DNA from: Patescibacteria group bacterium
GTDB lineage: Bacteria; Patescibacteriota; Microgenomatia; UBA8517
Direction of reading: 5' to 3'
NCBI GenBank assembly: GCA_038062915.1
Contig: JBBTWD010000016.1
Location: 27,522-91,521, forward strand
Length of the DNA: 64,000 bases
Below the pieces are notes generated by a model. The model saw only the letters and a program-made list of their open reading frames with translations, did not search any database and was not told the DNA's origin. Position numbers and translations under genes: made by a program. Of the stretch, positions 26,878-36,323 are shown one piece after another (positions within the stretch are counted from its first letter, which is position 1; each line of letters starts with the position of its first letter).

Positions 26878-28983
26878 TTGCCTATGGCTAAGAATCATCA
26901 CAGAAGAAGACTTGATAAAAGAGGGTTTAAGTTAAAACTTAAAAGAGATACTGTCTTTTCTATTGTTCAGATTTTTTTCTTTGCCCTCGCCGGACTAGTT
27001 TTAATTTCCTTTTCCAGAACGGGCGCAATTTTGATGCGCTTCAACGATCTTTTAATCGCTTATTTCTCCTGGTCGGCAATTTTTTTACCTTTTGTTTTTC
27101 TTTCATTTGCATTTTTAATATCGAAAATAAAACTTATTATTGGTCAACCTAATGTAATAGTCGGATCACTTCTTTTTTTTCTTTCAATAATGGCAATTGG
27201 GCGCGCAGGTATATTGGGTCACGGAGCGTGGGAAGCTATTAGTATATTGATTACTGGGGTCGGAGCAGGAATTGTTTTAGCAGGAACTGCCCTAATTGGT
27301 TTAATTGTGCTTTTTAATACTTCAATTGATCAGGTGTTTAGGGTTGTCGCCAATATCATTTTAACCATCCGAGGCTATACTTTTGGAAACACCGATATTA
27401 AAATTGGAGGATCTCTTTCAAAAGGTCCTTTAAAAGTTTCCGGTGGTGGAATGGCCAAATCCCAAGTTGCCAATATGCCAAAAGAACCATTGGAACAAAA
27501 ACTTGTTAGTAATATACCTGGAGAAGAAAAAGTTTGGCACTACCCATCAATTGATTTGTTGGGCGAGGAAGAGGTGGGTAAGGCGGACCGAGGGGATATT
27601 AAGGGGAATGCCGCAATTATTGAAAAAACCCTTGAATCGTTTGGAATTACTGCCCACGTTGTTGAGGTTAATCTGGGTCCCGCCGTTACTCAATATGCTA
27701 TTGAGCTTGCTCATGGCACCAAGCTTTCTAAGATTACATCTTTGGAGCGTGATTTAGCACTAGCCCTTTCGGCTCCAACTGGGACAATTAGAATTGAAGC
27801 CCCGATTCCTGGAAGAAATTTGGTGGGAATAGAACTCCCCAATAGGAATGCAGAATTTGTACCGCTTAGAAAAATGATTGAAAGTGAAGCTATGTCTGGC
27901 AACCGCTCAAGATTAGCAGTTGCTTTGGGATTAGATGTTTCTGGTAGGGCAATTGTTGCCGATGTTTCTAAGATGCCACATATATTAATTGCTGGTCAAA
28001 CCGGATCTGGAAAGTCGATTTGTATCAACGCCTTTTTAGCATCGATTCTTTTTAGAGCTAGTCCATCTGAAGTTAAAATGATAATGGTCGACCCTAAACG
28101 AGTCGAGCTTACCCATTACAATGGCATTCCACATCTTCTTTCCCCTGTTATAGTAGAACCGAAAGAAGTTATCTCGGCTCTTCGTTGGATTTTAGCCGAA
28201 ATGGATAGGCGTTATAAACTTTTTGCTGAAGCGGGGGCCAGAAACATCGATAGTTACAATGAGATGTCAGGATTTCAAGCTCTTCCCTACATTTTATTAT
28301 TCATAGATGAACTCGCTGATATTATGCTTTTTTCTCCTGTTGAGGTTGAAGATGCGATTACCAGAATTGCTCAAATGAGTAGGGCTACTGGGATTCATAT
28401 GGTTCTAGCTACCCAAAGGCCATCAGTTGACGTTATAACTGGTCTTATCAAAGCCAATATTCCCTCTAGAATCGCTTTTGCAGTTGCGTCTCAAGTTGAT
28501 TCCCGGGTAATTCTCGATACTCAAGGAGCTGAAAAACTACTTGGAAAAGGGGATATGCTTTACCTTCCCCCGGAACAGGCAAAGCCAATGAGAATTCAAG
28601 GAGCTTTTGTTAATGACAAAGAAATTAACGCACTCGTATCTTTTATTAAAAATCAAGGTGTAACACCACAATATACACAGGAGGTTATAACCATGCAAAA
28701 GGCTGGGACGATTACGGTTTCAGGGATAAGTGGGGAGATTGATGATTTTTTCAAAGATGCCATTCGAGTCGTTTGCCAATATGAGAGAGCTAGCGCGTCA
28801 CTTCTCCAGAGAAGGCTGTCGATCGGATATGCAAGAGCTGCAAGAATTATGGATCAACTTGAAGATGGTGGTGTAATCGCGGCAAGCGATGGCACCAGTA
28901 AACCTCGAGAAGTTTTAGTGAAAAACGCAGAAGAGTTTATAGCAAATTTAGAAGGAAATGAAAACAATCGGCCAAATACTTAA
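26878..28983 (+). CDS. ftsK: DNA translocase FtsK/SpoIIIE
   Basis: N-terminal TM region. Motor domain GQTGSGKS with the gamma domain at the C-terminus. Confidence 0.9.
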   Translation: MPMAKNHHRRRLDKRGFKLKLKRDTVFSIVQIFFFALAGLVLISFSRTGAILMRFNDLLIAYFSWSAIFLPFVFLSFAFLISKIKLIIGQPNVIVGSLLFFLSIMAIGRAGILGHGAWEAISILITGVGAGIVLAGTALIGLIVLFNTSIDQVFRVVANIILTIRGYTFGNTDIKIGGSLSKGPLKVSGGGMAKSQVANMPKEPLEQKLVSNIPGEEKVWHYPSIDLLGEEEVGKADRGDIKGNAAIIEKTLESFGITAHVVEVNLGPAVTQYAIELAHGTKLSKITSLERDLALALSAPTGTIRIEAPIPGRNLVGIELPNRNAEFVPLRKMIESEAMSGNRSRLAVALGLDVSGRAIVADVSKMPHILIAGQTGSGKSICINAFLASILFRASPSEVKMIMVDPKRVELTHYNGIPHLLSPVIVEPKEVISALRWILAEMDRRYKLFAEAGARNIDSYNEMSGFQALPYILLFIDELADIMLFSPVEVEDAITRIAQMSRATGIHMVLATQRPSVDVITGLIKANIPSRIAFAVASQVDSRVILDTQGAEKLLGKGDMLYLPPEQAKPMRIQGAFVNDKEINALVSFIKNQGVTPQYTQEVITMQKAGTITVSGISGEIDDFFKDAIRVVCQYERASASLLQRRLSIGYARAARIMDQLEDGGVIAASDGTSKPREVLVKNAEEFIANLEGNENNRPNT

Positions 28984-29587
28984 AGATGGAAGGCAACGGA
29001 AAAAATACTCCCTTAAAAAACTTGAAGATCTCACGAAGATTAAAAGCGATTTTATAAGCGCAGTTGAAAACGAAGATTGGGGAGTTCTTCCGCCCTTTCC
29101 AACTGTTTTAGGATTTGTTAAAAGTGTCTCGGCGGCGTTGGGCATAGATGAAAAAATCGCAGTTGCCATACTCAAAAGAGATTATCCACCAAAAATAGAA
29201 GCGGTAAATCCAAAACCCGATGTTTCATCAAAATTTGTCTGGAGTCCAAAAATTACATTTGTCGTAGGGGTGGGAGTAGTCACAGCAGCAATATTGGGGT
29301 ATTTAGTCTTTCAATATTCCAGGTTTATTTCACCCCCCAAATTAGATATAGATTCGCCAGTAAATGGGCAAATTATTACAGGTCGTCTTGTGGTAGTTTC
29401 AGGAAAGACAGATTCAGATGCAAAAATTACAGCAAACAATCAAGCCGTACTGGTTAATTCTGATGGAAAGTTTGACACTAATCTTGAGGTTGATCTTGAG
29501 ACGAGGGAGGTTGTTATAAAGTCAATTTCTAGATCTGGTAAAGAAACGGTTATACATCGAACAATAAATGTTCGAGTAAATAACTAA
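28958..29587 (+). CDS. RodZ-like protein: XRE-type HTH, single TM, extracytoplasmic C-terminal domain
   Basis: N-terminal HTH (SLKKLEDLTKIKSDFISAVENEDWGVLP), TM at about residue 95, then a beta-rich C-terminal domain. Confidence 0.45.
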   Translation: MKTIGQILKDGRQRKKYSLKKLEDLTKIKSDFISAVENEDWGVLPPFPTVLGFVKSVSAALGIDEKIAVAILKRDYPPKIEAVNPKPDVSSKFVWSPKITFVVGVGVVTAAILGYLVFQYSRFISPPKLDIDSPVNGQIITGRLVVVSGKTDSDAKITANNQAVLVNSDGKFDTNLEVDLETREVVIKSISRSGKETVIHRTINVRVNN

Positions 29588-29663
29588 TTGCTCTAAGTGC
29601 TCTAATTGTTCTAATATTGCTTAGGTCAATTAGGTTAATTAGAAATTAGAAATTTTTATAAAC

Positions 29664-29897
29664 ATGGATCCAGTTCAAAGACTTTTAGTTATAGTGGTAG
29701 TTTCTTTAACACTCCTTTTGGTAATTGTTGGAGTGCAGGTTATGTTAATTATTATTGATTTGAGGCGGGCCATAAAAAGATTGAACAGTATTTTAGAAGA
29801 CGCGATTCTTGGAGGAGGTTTAATTCGTCCCGAGAAACTTACTTCTGTTCTTGAGATCCTTCGCAAAAACAAAACTCTTGAGTCCCACGGCGGCTAG
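29664..29897 (+). CDS. small membrane protein, unknown function
   Basis: 77 aa. One strongly hydrophobic helix. Preceded by an unusual ctaa/ttag repeat-rich spacer. Confidence 0.25.
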   Translation: MDPVQRLLVIVVVSLTLLLVIVGVQVMLIIIDLRRAIKRLNSILEDAILGGGLIRPEKLTSVLEILRKNKTLESHGG

Positions 29898-29918
29898 AAG
29901 TGGTATACTTTAGCCACG

Positions 29919-31685
29919 ATGGTTACGACAAATGAAGTTCGAGAAAAATATTTAAAATTTTTTGAAAAAAGGGGTCACAAAGTTATTCCCGCCTCCCCAC
30001 TTGTTTTAGAAAATGATCCTACGACCCTTTTTACTTCAAGCGGTATGCAACAAATGATTCCATATCTTAAAGGTGAAAAACATCCGTTGGGTAAAAGGTT
30101 GGTTGACTCGCAGCCCTCAATTAGAATGCAGGATCTTGATGAGGTGGCAGACAACAGACATTATTCTTTTTTCGAGATGCTTGGCAATTGGTCTCTGGGT
30201 GACTATTTTAAGAAAGAACAACTTGACTGGATTTGGGAATTTTACACAAAAGAATTGGGACTGGATAAAAAGAGATTATATGTTTCAATATTTGCTGGGA
30301 ACAATGATGTTCCAAAAGACACAGAAAGTTACGAGATTTGGAAAAGTCTGGGGGTAGAAGAGGGCCATATCCACTTCTATGGTGCCAAAAAGAACTGGTG
30401 GAGTATAAGTGGGCTCCCAGACAAAATGCCAGCAGGTGAAATCGGCGGACCAGATAGTGAAATTTTTTTTGAATTCGATTCAGTCGAACACAATACAAAA
30501 TTTGGTCAAGAATGTCACCCCAACTGTGACTGTGGAAAATTTCTTGAGATAGGCAATTCAGTTTTTATACAGTTCAAAAAAGAAGCGGATGGAACCTTGT
30601 CTGAACTGCCACAAAAAAATGTCGATTTTGGGGGAGGTTTAGAAAGAATCACGGCCGCGGTCAATAACGATCCTGATACATTTCATATTGATTCGTTTTC
30701 AGAAATAATCAAAAAAATAGAAGAAGAGGTTGGTATAAAATATAATTCAGATTCCAAAAAAGACAAAAATTTTAGAATAATCGCGGACCATATTCGTGCT
30801 TCGACGAGTTTATTAAAAGAGGGGATTCTACCGGCCAATAAATTACATGGTTATGCATTACGAAGACTGATTCGTCGCGCAATGTTTCATTTACACTTAC
30901 TTGGAGGGGGAGTTTCTGGAACAACTTTGGCCCATATTGCAGGAGACCCAGAAGGTGCAAAAGAAGGATTTATAGAAGAAGGTAAAAGATTTGCTGATGC
31001 CTTAAAGCGCGGACTTAAAAAATTAATCAATATTGTTTCAAATGATACCAAAGTTGATGGAAAAGTAGCCTTTGATTTATACCAAACAGGTGGCTTTCCA
31101 CTTGAACTTACACTTGAAATTCTTTCCCAGAATGAAATGACTTTTAATGAAGGCGCAAAAGAAGAATTTAAAAAAGAGTTTGAAAAACACAAAAATTTAA
31201 GTAGAACAACTTCAGCTGGAATATTTAAAGGTGGGTTGTCTGATAAATCTGATAAAACGGTTACAAAACTTCATACGGCAACACACCTACTTCATGCTGC
31301 ACTTCGAGAAATTATAGGTAGTCATGTCTCACAGAAAGGAAGCCATATAACTGCCGAAAGATTACGCTTTGATTTTTCTCATCAAAATAAACTTAGCGAT
31401 GAGGAAAAAACCGAAGTTGAAAATTTAATAAATAAAAAAATTAAAGAAAACTTACCAGTTTCTTTTAAAGAAACAAGTCTTGATGATGCGATTGTCCAAG
31501 GTGCATTACATTTTTTTGCTGAAAAATACGGAAAAGATGTTAAGGTCTACTCAATCGGTGATTTTTCAAAAGAAGTTTGTGGTGGCCCGCATGTGGGGAA
31601 CACCAGTGAGGTTGGTCGTGTTAAGATTATCAAACAGGAGAAAATTGGCGCGGGAGTTATTAGAATCTACGCTAGCTTACAATGA
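29919..31685 (+). CDS. alaS: alanyl-tRNA synthetase, short form lacking C-Ala domain
   Basis: Catalytic-core motifs (FFEMLGNWSLGDYFK) and editing-domain motifs (HTATHLLHAAL, CGGPHV). 588 aa. Confidence 0.85.
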   Translation: MVTTNEVREKYLKFFEKRGHKVIPASPLVLENDPTTLFTSSGMQQMIPYLKGEKHPLGKRLVDSQPSIRMQDLDEVADNRHYSFFEMLGNWSLGDYFKKEQLDWIWEFYTKELGLDKKRLYVSIFAGNNDVPKDTESYEIWKSLGVEEGHIHFYGAKKNWWSISGLPDKMPAGEIGGPDSEIFFEFDSVEHNTKFGQECHPNCDCGKFLEIGNSVFIQFKKEADGTLSELPQKNVDFGGGLERITAAVNNDPDTFHIDSFSEIIKKIEEEVGIKYNSDSKKDKNFRIIADHIRASTSLLKEGILPANKLHGYALRRLIRRAMFHLHLLGGGVSGTTLAHIAGDPEGAKEGFIEEGKRFADALKRGLKKLINIVSNDTKVDGKVAFDLYQTGGFPLELTLEILSQNEMTFNEGAKEEFKKEFEKHKNLSRTTSAGIFKGGLSDKSDKTVTKLHTATHLLHAALREIIGSHVSQKGSHITAERLRFDFSHQNKLSDEEKTEVENLINKKIKENLPVSFKETSLDDAIVQGALHFFAEKYGKDVKVYSIGDFSKEVCGGPHVGNTSEVGRVKIIKQEKIGAGVIRIYASLQ

Positions 31686-33691
31686 AAATGAATTTGAAAG
31701 ACTTTTTTGCCCAAAAAGAAAAACCGCCGGAAACGTATTGGTCATTGGTTCTTGAACCTGGTTGGGTACAGGCTGGTATTTGGCACATAACGGACAGTGT
31801 GGCTCAGGTGATAACAAGTAGTCCCGCAACGCCCTGGGAAGCTAACGATGAACTTATAGGGGCAATCGATACTGCACTTTCTTCCGCTGTTCAAAAACTT
31901 CCAGAAGGAGCTTCTGAACCCACAAAAACTGTTTTTGGGGTAAGTAGCAATTGGATAAAAGATGGAGAAATCGGTAGTGAATATCTAGAAAAAATTAAAA
32001 AGGTTTGTGAAGATCTTTCCTTAACCCCAACCGGCTTTGTAGTACTCCCCGAGGCAATCGCCCATTATTACAAATCTATTGAGGGGGTACCTATCAACTC
32101 TATAATTTTAGGTCTTGGTAAGAATTTTTTGGAGGTTTCTGTTTTTTCGTTGGGAAATTTAGTTGGAACATCAAGTGTTGCAAGGAGCGTTTCTTTAGCT
32201 GACGACGTGGTCGAGGGTTTATCAAGGTTTGAGGGGGCAAGCCCTCTTCCTTCTAGGATAATTATATTTAATGGTCGGGGTGGCGAACTTGAAGAAGCAA
32301 GAGATACCCTTTCCGGGGTTGCCTGGGATCAAAATACAAAAATCCAATTTTTACACACACCTAAGGTTGAAATTTTAGAATCCGACAAAAAAGTCCTTGC
32401 CACATCACTAGCTGGAGCGGCTGAAATTGGTCAGGCTTCAGCGATATCTAATGTTTCTGAAGTTTCAGCCACTACCTCACTTGCGAATCTTGGATTTTCT
32501 GTCGGGAAAGATGTTTCAGAGGAGGTTTTGCCACCCCCACCATCTCCTGTAGTCCAAAAGCCTGAACTTTACCTAACAAAACTAAAAAGTTTCTTTACTG
32601 GCAAAAAATTCACACCCCTTATAGTTATTTTTGGGGTTTTTATATTTGGTTTAATATTTTTTTGGTGGTTTTATCCTAAAGCCACAGTATCGATCTATGT
32701 TTCTCCTCAAAAGTTTGAGGAAGAGTTTGATATTTCATTTGATGTCAACGAAATTAATAAAGTAAGCGTTTCAGGAGAAAAAACTAAATCCGCAACCGGA
32801 ACGAAATTAATTGGAGAAAAAGCTAAAGGTGTCGTGAGTTTGAGAAATGGCACAGATTCTCCTATAAACTTTCCAGCTAGCACGGTTTTGGTGTCTTCGG
32901 GGGACTTAAGATTTAGTTTAAACGAAACCGCTTCGGTTTCTGCCGCAATTGACGCTGATAATCCGGGAACTGCCGGGGCCAATGTGACTGCTCTCGACCT
33001 TGGGTCGGCTTACAATTTAGCTAAAGATGAAGTTTTTAAGGTTGGCAATTATCCTAAGGCGGATGCTTATGCAAAATCTACTTTGGATTTTTCAGGCGGG
33101 TCAAGTAGGGAGATTTCAGCTGTAAACATAGAAGATCGAGAAAAACTCTTAAACGAATTAACAAACGAACTTTCCGATAAAGCTAGGGGGGAATTTTTGG
33201 TAAAAACTAATAATGATCAAGTTTTTGTTAATTCGTTTGCTGTTTTTGAAATAGATAAACAATCTTTTAGTCACAAGATTGGGGATGAGGCGGATACTCT
33301 AAAACTAGATCTATCCATGATCGCTACTGGAGTTATTACAAATAAGCAACGTTTGGCTGACTTTGTTAGGGAAAAATTAAAAGACAAAATTCCCCAGGGA
33401 TTTGTTTTAAGAGATACACAAGTGGATTATAAATTTGAATTTATAGATGCTGATGGGGAAAAATATAATTATAAAATGACTACAACCGTTAATTTTTTAC
33501 CAGAGATCAAAACAGAGGAAATAATCAAAAAGATCACTGGTAAGTTGCCTCAACTGGTTGAAGAGTATCTTTCATCAACTCCCGGTTTTTCTCGAGCCGA
33601 AATTCGCGTCACCCCTCTCCTTTTTGGTAAATTTGCAACTTTACCAAGGGTAGCTAAAAACATTACCATAGAGGTCGTAGCGGAAAAATGA
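31682..33691 (+). CDS. membrane protein: N-terminal actin-fold ATPase-like (PilM/FtsA-like) cytoplasmic domain, one TM, large extracytoplasmic domain
   Basis: 669 aa. LVLEPGWVQAGIW, LPEAIAHYY and IILGLGKNFLEVSVF are consistent with an ASKHA/PilM-FtsA fold. TM at about residue 315. Confidence 0.4.
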   Translation: MKMNLKDFFAQKEKPPETYWSLVLEPGWVQAGIWHITDSVAQVITSSPATPWEANDELIGAIDTALSSAVQKLPEGASEPTKTVFGVSSNWIKDGEIGSEYLEKIKKVCEDLSLTPTGFVVLPEAIAHYYKSIEGVPINSIILGLGKNFLEVSVFSLGNLVGTSSVARSVSLADDVVEGLSRFEGASPLPSRIIIFNGRGGELEEARDTLSGVAWDQNTKIQFLHTPKVEILESDKKVLATSLAGAAEIGQASAISNVSEVSATTSLANLGFSVGKDVSEEVLPPPPSPVVQKPELYLTKLKSFFTGKKFTPLIVIFGVFIFGLIFFWWFYPKATVSIYVSPQKFEEEFDISFDVNEINKVSVSGEKTKSATGTKLIGEKAKGVVSLRNGTDSPINFPASTVLVSSGDLRFSLNETASVSAAIDADNPGTAGANVTALDLGSAYNLAKDEVFKVGNYPKADAYAKSTLDFSGGSSREISAVNIEDREKLLNELTNELSDKARGEFLVKTNNDQVFVNSFAVFEIDKQSFSHKIGDEADTLKLDLSMIATGVITNKQRLADFVREKLKDKIPQGFVLRDTQVDYKFEFIDADGEKYNYKMTTTVNFLPEIKTEEIIKKITGKLPQLVEEYLSSTPGFSRAEIRVTPLLFGKFATLPRVAKNITIEVVAEK

Positions 33692-34380
33692 CTCAAAAAA
33701 TAATTCTTCGAATAGCAGCAGCAGTATCAGGGATATCTGGAACAATCATCCTAATTGGAGTGTTTTATCCAATTGTTTCATATAATAATACCTATTCTCA
33801 AAAATATCCAAATTTAATTTCACCCATCTCCGAAAAAAAACCAGTTAATATTGAAGAAGTAGATTATACCCAGGCAAGCAATTGGTTTACAGGAGGAGCA
33901 AAAAAAGAAGATTTTATTTCGAGTAAGGTTGAATATTACACGATTTCTATTCCAAAATTGAAGATCGAAAATGCAACAGTTGCCATAGGGGGGAATGATT
34001 TAAGTCAACACATTATTCAATATCCCGGGACAGCCCTACCCGGGAAGCGTGGTAACTCTGTCCTTTTTGGTCATTCGATCTTGCCCATTTTTTATAACCC
34101 TAAAGATTATCTATCGATTTTTTCTCTTTTACCGAGTTTAAAAATAGGAAACGAAATTTTTATTGAATATGACGGTGTTTCATATAAATACAGAGTTGAG
34201 AATATGTTCGAAGTTTTGCCTACCGATATTCAAGTTTTGGAGCAGGATGATTCTGATTCATTTTTATCTCTTGTAACCTGTGTTCCTCCGGGTGACCCCA
34301 GGAAACCAAAAAGGCTAATAGTCAGGGCAAGGGTGGTTCCACCAGAAGAACTTACATACAATGAAAATTCTAGCAATTGA
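33688..34380 (+). CDS. sortase family transpeptidase
   Basis: N-terminal TM anchor. His in VLFGHS, Cys in SLVTCVPPG (TLxTC-type) and a downstream conserved Arg (RLIVRARV). Confidence 0.6.
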   Translation: MTQKIILRIAAAVSGISGTIILIGVFYPIVSYNNTYSQKYPNLISPISEKKPVNIEEVDYTQASNWFTGGAKKEDFISSKVEYYTISIPKLKIENATVAIGGNDLSQHIIQYPGTALPGKRGNSVLFGHSILPIFYNPKDYLSIFSLLPSLKIGNEIFIEYDGVSYKYRVENMFEVLPTDIQVLEQDDSDSFLSLVTCVPPGDPRKPKRLIVRARVVPPEELTYNENSSN

Positions 34381-34708
34381 TTACGGTAGAAGTAAGATTG
34401 GGCTGGCCACAGCAGAGGGCCCCTTGGCAGGGCCCTGGAAGGTCGTTGGTTTAAACGAATTGAATGAAATTTTAAAAAAAGAAAAATTTGATAAATTGGT
34501 TGTTGGAGTTTCATCGGGAACTATGGCAGAGGAACAAAAAAAGTTTGCCAAAAATATCGGCGCTGAAACTTTTGATGAAACCTTAACTACTAAAGAGGCC
34601 CAAAGACTTTCGTTGGAAGCTGGAATGGGAAGGAAAAAAAGAAGAGATATGGAAGATGCATTTGCAGCAGCCCTTATGCTACAATCTTATTTGGACTCAA
34701 ATGTTTAA
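34361..34708 (+). CDS. ruvX: Holliday junction resolvase-like protein RuvX/YqgF
   Basis: MKILAIDYGRSKIGLATAEG with DE..T motifs. Typical alaS-proximal position. Confidence 0.75.
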   Translation: MKILAIDYGRSKIGLATAEGPLAGPWKVVGLNELNEILKKEKFDKLVVGVSSGTMAEEQKKFAKNIGAETFDETLTTKEAQRLSLEAGMGRKKRRDMEDAFAAALMLQSYLDSNV

Positions 34709-34895
34709 AAATGTCATAGCGCCGATTCAGGCATGGTTGCTCTCGCAAGGGAAATGCGTTGGTTGTGGGGCACTTCTTTCTGAAGGGAAAAGCAAGTCTA
34801 CTAAGTTTGGTGAACAAATAACTTGTAAAAAGTGTGGAAGAATTTTTATTAAAGAAAGCGGTAAGTATAGACGTGCACTTCTCGAAGAAGTGTAG
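34701..34895 (+). CDS. small zinc-ribbon protein (CxxC...CxxC)
   Basis: MFKNV...CVGCGALL...CKKCGRIF. Overlaps the ruvX stop by 8 bp. Confidence 0.4.
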   Translation: MFKNVIAPIQAWLLSQGKCVGCGALLSEGKSKSTKFGEQITCKKCGRIFIKESGKYRRALLEEV

Positions 34896-34902
34896 CTCGA
34901 AT

Positions 34903-35307
34903 TTCCAGTCCCCAATTGCCAGTCTCCAGTGAATTATCAAATTATAAATTACGAATTTTTCTTTTCAAGAGTGATTATTGATGAAGTTAATATTTTAACT
35001 ATCTCCTTACCTTCTGCGGTTAGCTCTCCACATTCTTGCTCTACTTTACCAAGTGCCTCCAATGCCTAAATATAATTTGCCCCAGGCGAAGCCGAAGATC
35101 TTATGAGTTGGCTTCCGTACTCAAGGTTAAACTGAGTTCTTGGTAGGGTTGAAGTTATTTTTTGGGATCTTTGTCCAAACCGCTTTAGTCTTTCCAAGAA
35201 AGCTTCTGAATCAAACTTACTGGTGGACATTATTTTAGTTTAGCACTTATAATTTGCAATTATTAACTCGTGATTCTTTGGAAACTGGAAACTGGCGACT
35301 GGAAACT
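34903..35307. repeat. pair of imperfect approximately 28-bp inverted repeats (ccagt-rich) flanking a roughly 350-bp non-coding/pseudogene segment
   Basis: tttccagtccccaattgccagtctccagt (34903-34931) versus the reverse complement of ggaaactggaaactggcgactggaaact (35280-35307). About 24 of 29 positions match. Confidence 0.5.
34949..35230 (-). pseudogene. small ORF interrupted by an in-frame TAG (54 + 38 codons), unknown family
   Basis: MSTSKFDSEAFLERLKRFGQRS...ANYI-(TAG)-ALEALGKVEQECGELTAEGKEIVKIL... Confidence 0.25.
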
Positions 35308-35326
35308 TTATACTTAGCTTTGACAA

Positions 35327-36250
35327 ATGAAACGACTATTACTTTTACCCATTGCTTTAGTTTTAATTGCTGTCACATTGGTCTTTTGGTTTAGGTCAAA
35401 TACAAAATCAGTTTCTTCTGACAAGAATTTTAAAGATTTCTTGATCGTAAAAGGATCGGGAGCAAGCCAAATTGGCAACAAGCTCTATGATGAAGATTTA
35501 ATTAAAAATCCATTGGTTTTCAAAATTTATATCCAGATATCGGGACAGGCTGGTAAAATTCAGGCAGGTGAGTACAGGCTCTCACCCAGCCTTTCTCTGT
35601 TTGAAGTAGTTACCCAACTACTCCGAGGACCGGCAGAAATTTGGATAACAATTCCGGAAGGACTTAGGCGTGAAGAAGTTGCAGAAAGATTTTCTAAGGC
35701 TTTGGGTAAAGATGAAGTTTTTACTAAAGAATTTTTAAGCTCATCTTCTGATGAAGAAGGATATCTTTTCCCAGATACATATCTTTTCCCTAAAACCGCT
35801 AGTGCTTCAGCAATTGTTAACAAAATGACAAACACTTTTGATAGCAGGACCTCAAAAATGAATCTAACGCGAGACCGGGTGATATTAGCCTCGTTAGTTG
35901 AAAGGGAAACAAAAACTAGTCAGGAGCGCCCAATTGTGGCTGGAATTTTACTCAATCGAATTGAGATTGGAATGGCTCTTCAGGTCGACGCTACTTTGCA
36001 ATATGTCAATGGCACATGGGGTTTAATTAATTCATCTGATAAAAAAACAAATTCGCCATATAACACATACAAATTTCCAGGGCTTCCTCCTGGTCCCATA
36101 GCAAGCCCCGGGTTAAGCTCTCTTGAGGCTGTGGTTAATCCAAGCGATTCTGATTACCTATATTATCTTCATAATTCAAAAGGACAAATTTATTATGCAA
36201 AAACACTGGCAGAACACAATGAAAATATAAGAAGGTACTTGACAGATTGA
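35327..36250 (+). CDS. mltG: endolytic murein transglycosylase MltG (YceG-like)
   Basis: N-terminal TM. YNTYKFPGLPPGPIASPG signature. Confidence 0.75.
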   Translation: MKRLLLLPIALVLIAVTLVFWFRSNTKSVSSDKNFKDFLIVKGSGASQIGNKLYDEDLIKNPLVFKIYIQISGQAGKIQAGEYRLSPSLSLFEVVTQLLRGPAEIWITIPEGLRREEVAERFSKALGKDEVFTKEFLSSSSDEEGYLFPDTYLFPKTASASAIVNKMTNTFDSRTSKMNLTRDRVILASLVERETKTSQERPIVAGILLNRIEIGMALQVDATLQYVNGTWGLINSSDKKTNSPYNTYKFPGLPPGPIASPGLSSLEAVVNPSDSDYLYYLHNSKGQIYYAKTLAEHNENIRRYLTD

Positions 36251-36323
36251 TAATTCAATTTATAATCTCCACTTAGGCGTACAAGCAGGATCGGTACGTC
36301 CTTTCTGTGTCTACTAAAAGCTA

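Noticed and set aside
34949-35230. In-frame TAG as evidence of stop-codon reassignment
   Set aside because: TAG, TAA and TGA all terminate conserved genes at the expected lengths elsewhere in the window (e.g. murJ TAG, rpmC TGA), so alternative genetic codes (4/25) are not supported. A pseudogene is more parsimonious
35240-35266. Third CIRCE-like element (TTAGCACTT-N9-AATTATTAA) upstream of mltG
   Set aside because: Only the left arm matches. The right arm is 4/9, so this is most likely a chance TTAGCAC occurrence
36247-36266. TTGATA...TATAAT promoter for rpoB
   Set aside because: The hexamers are only 8 bp apart, incompatible with sigma70 spacing
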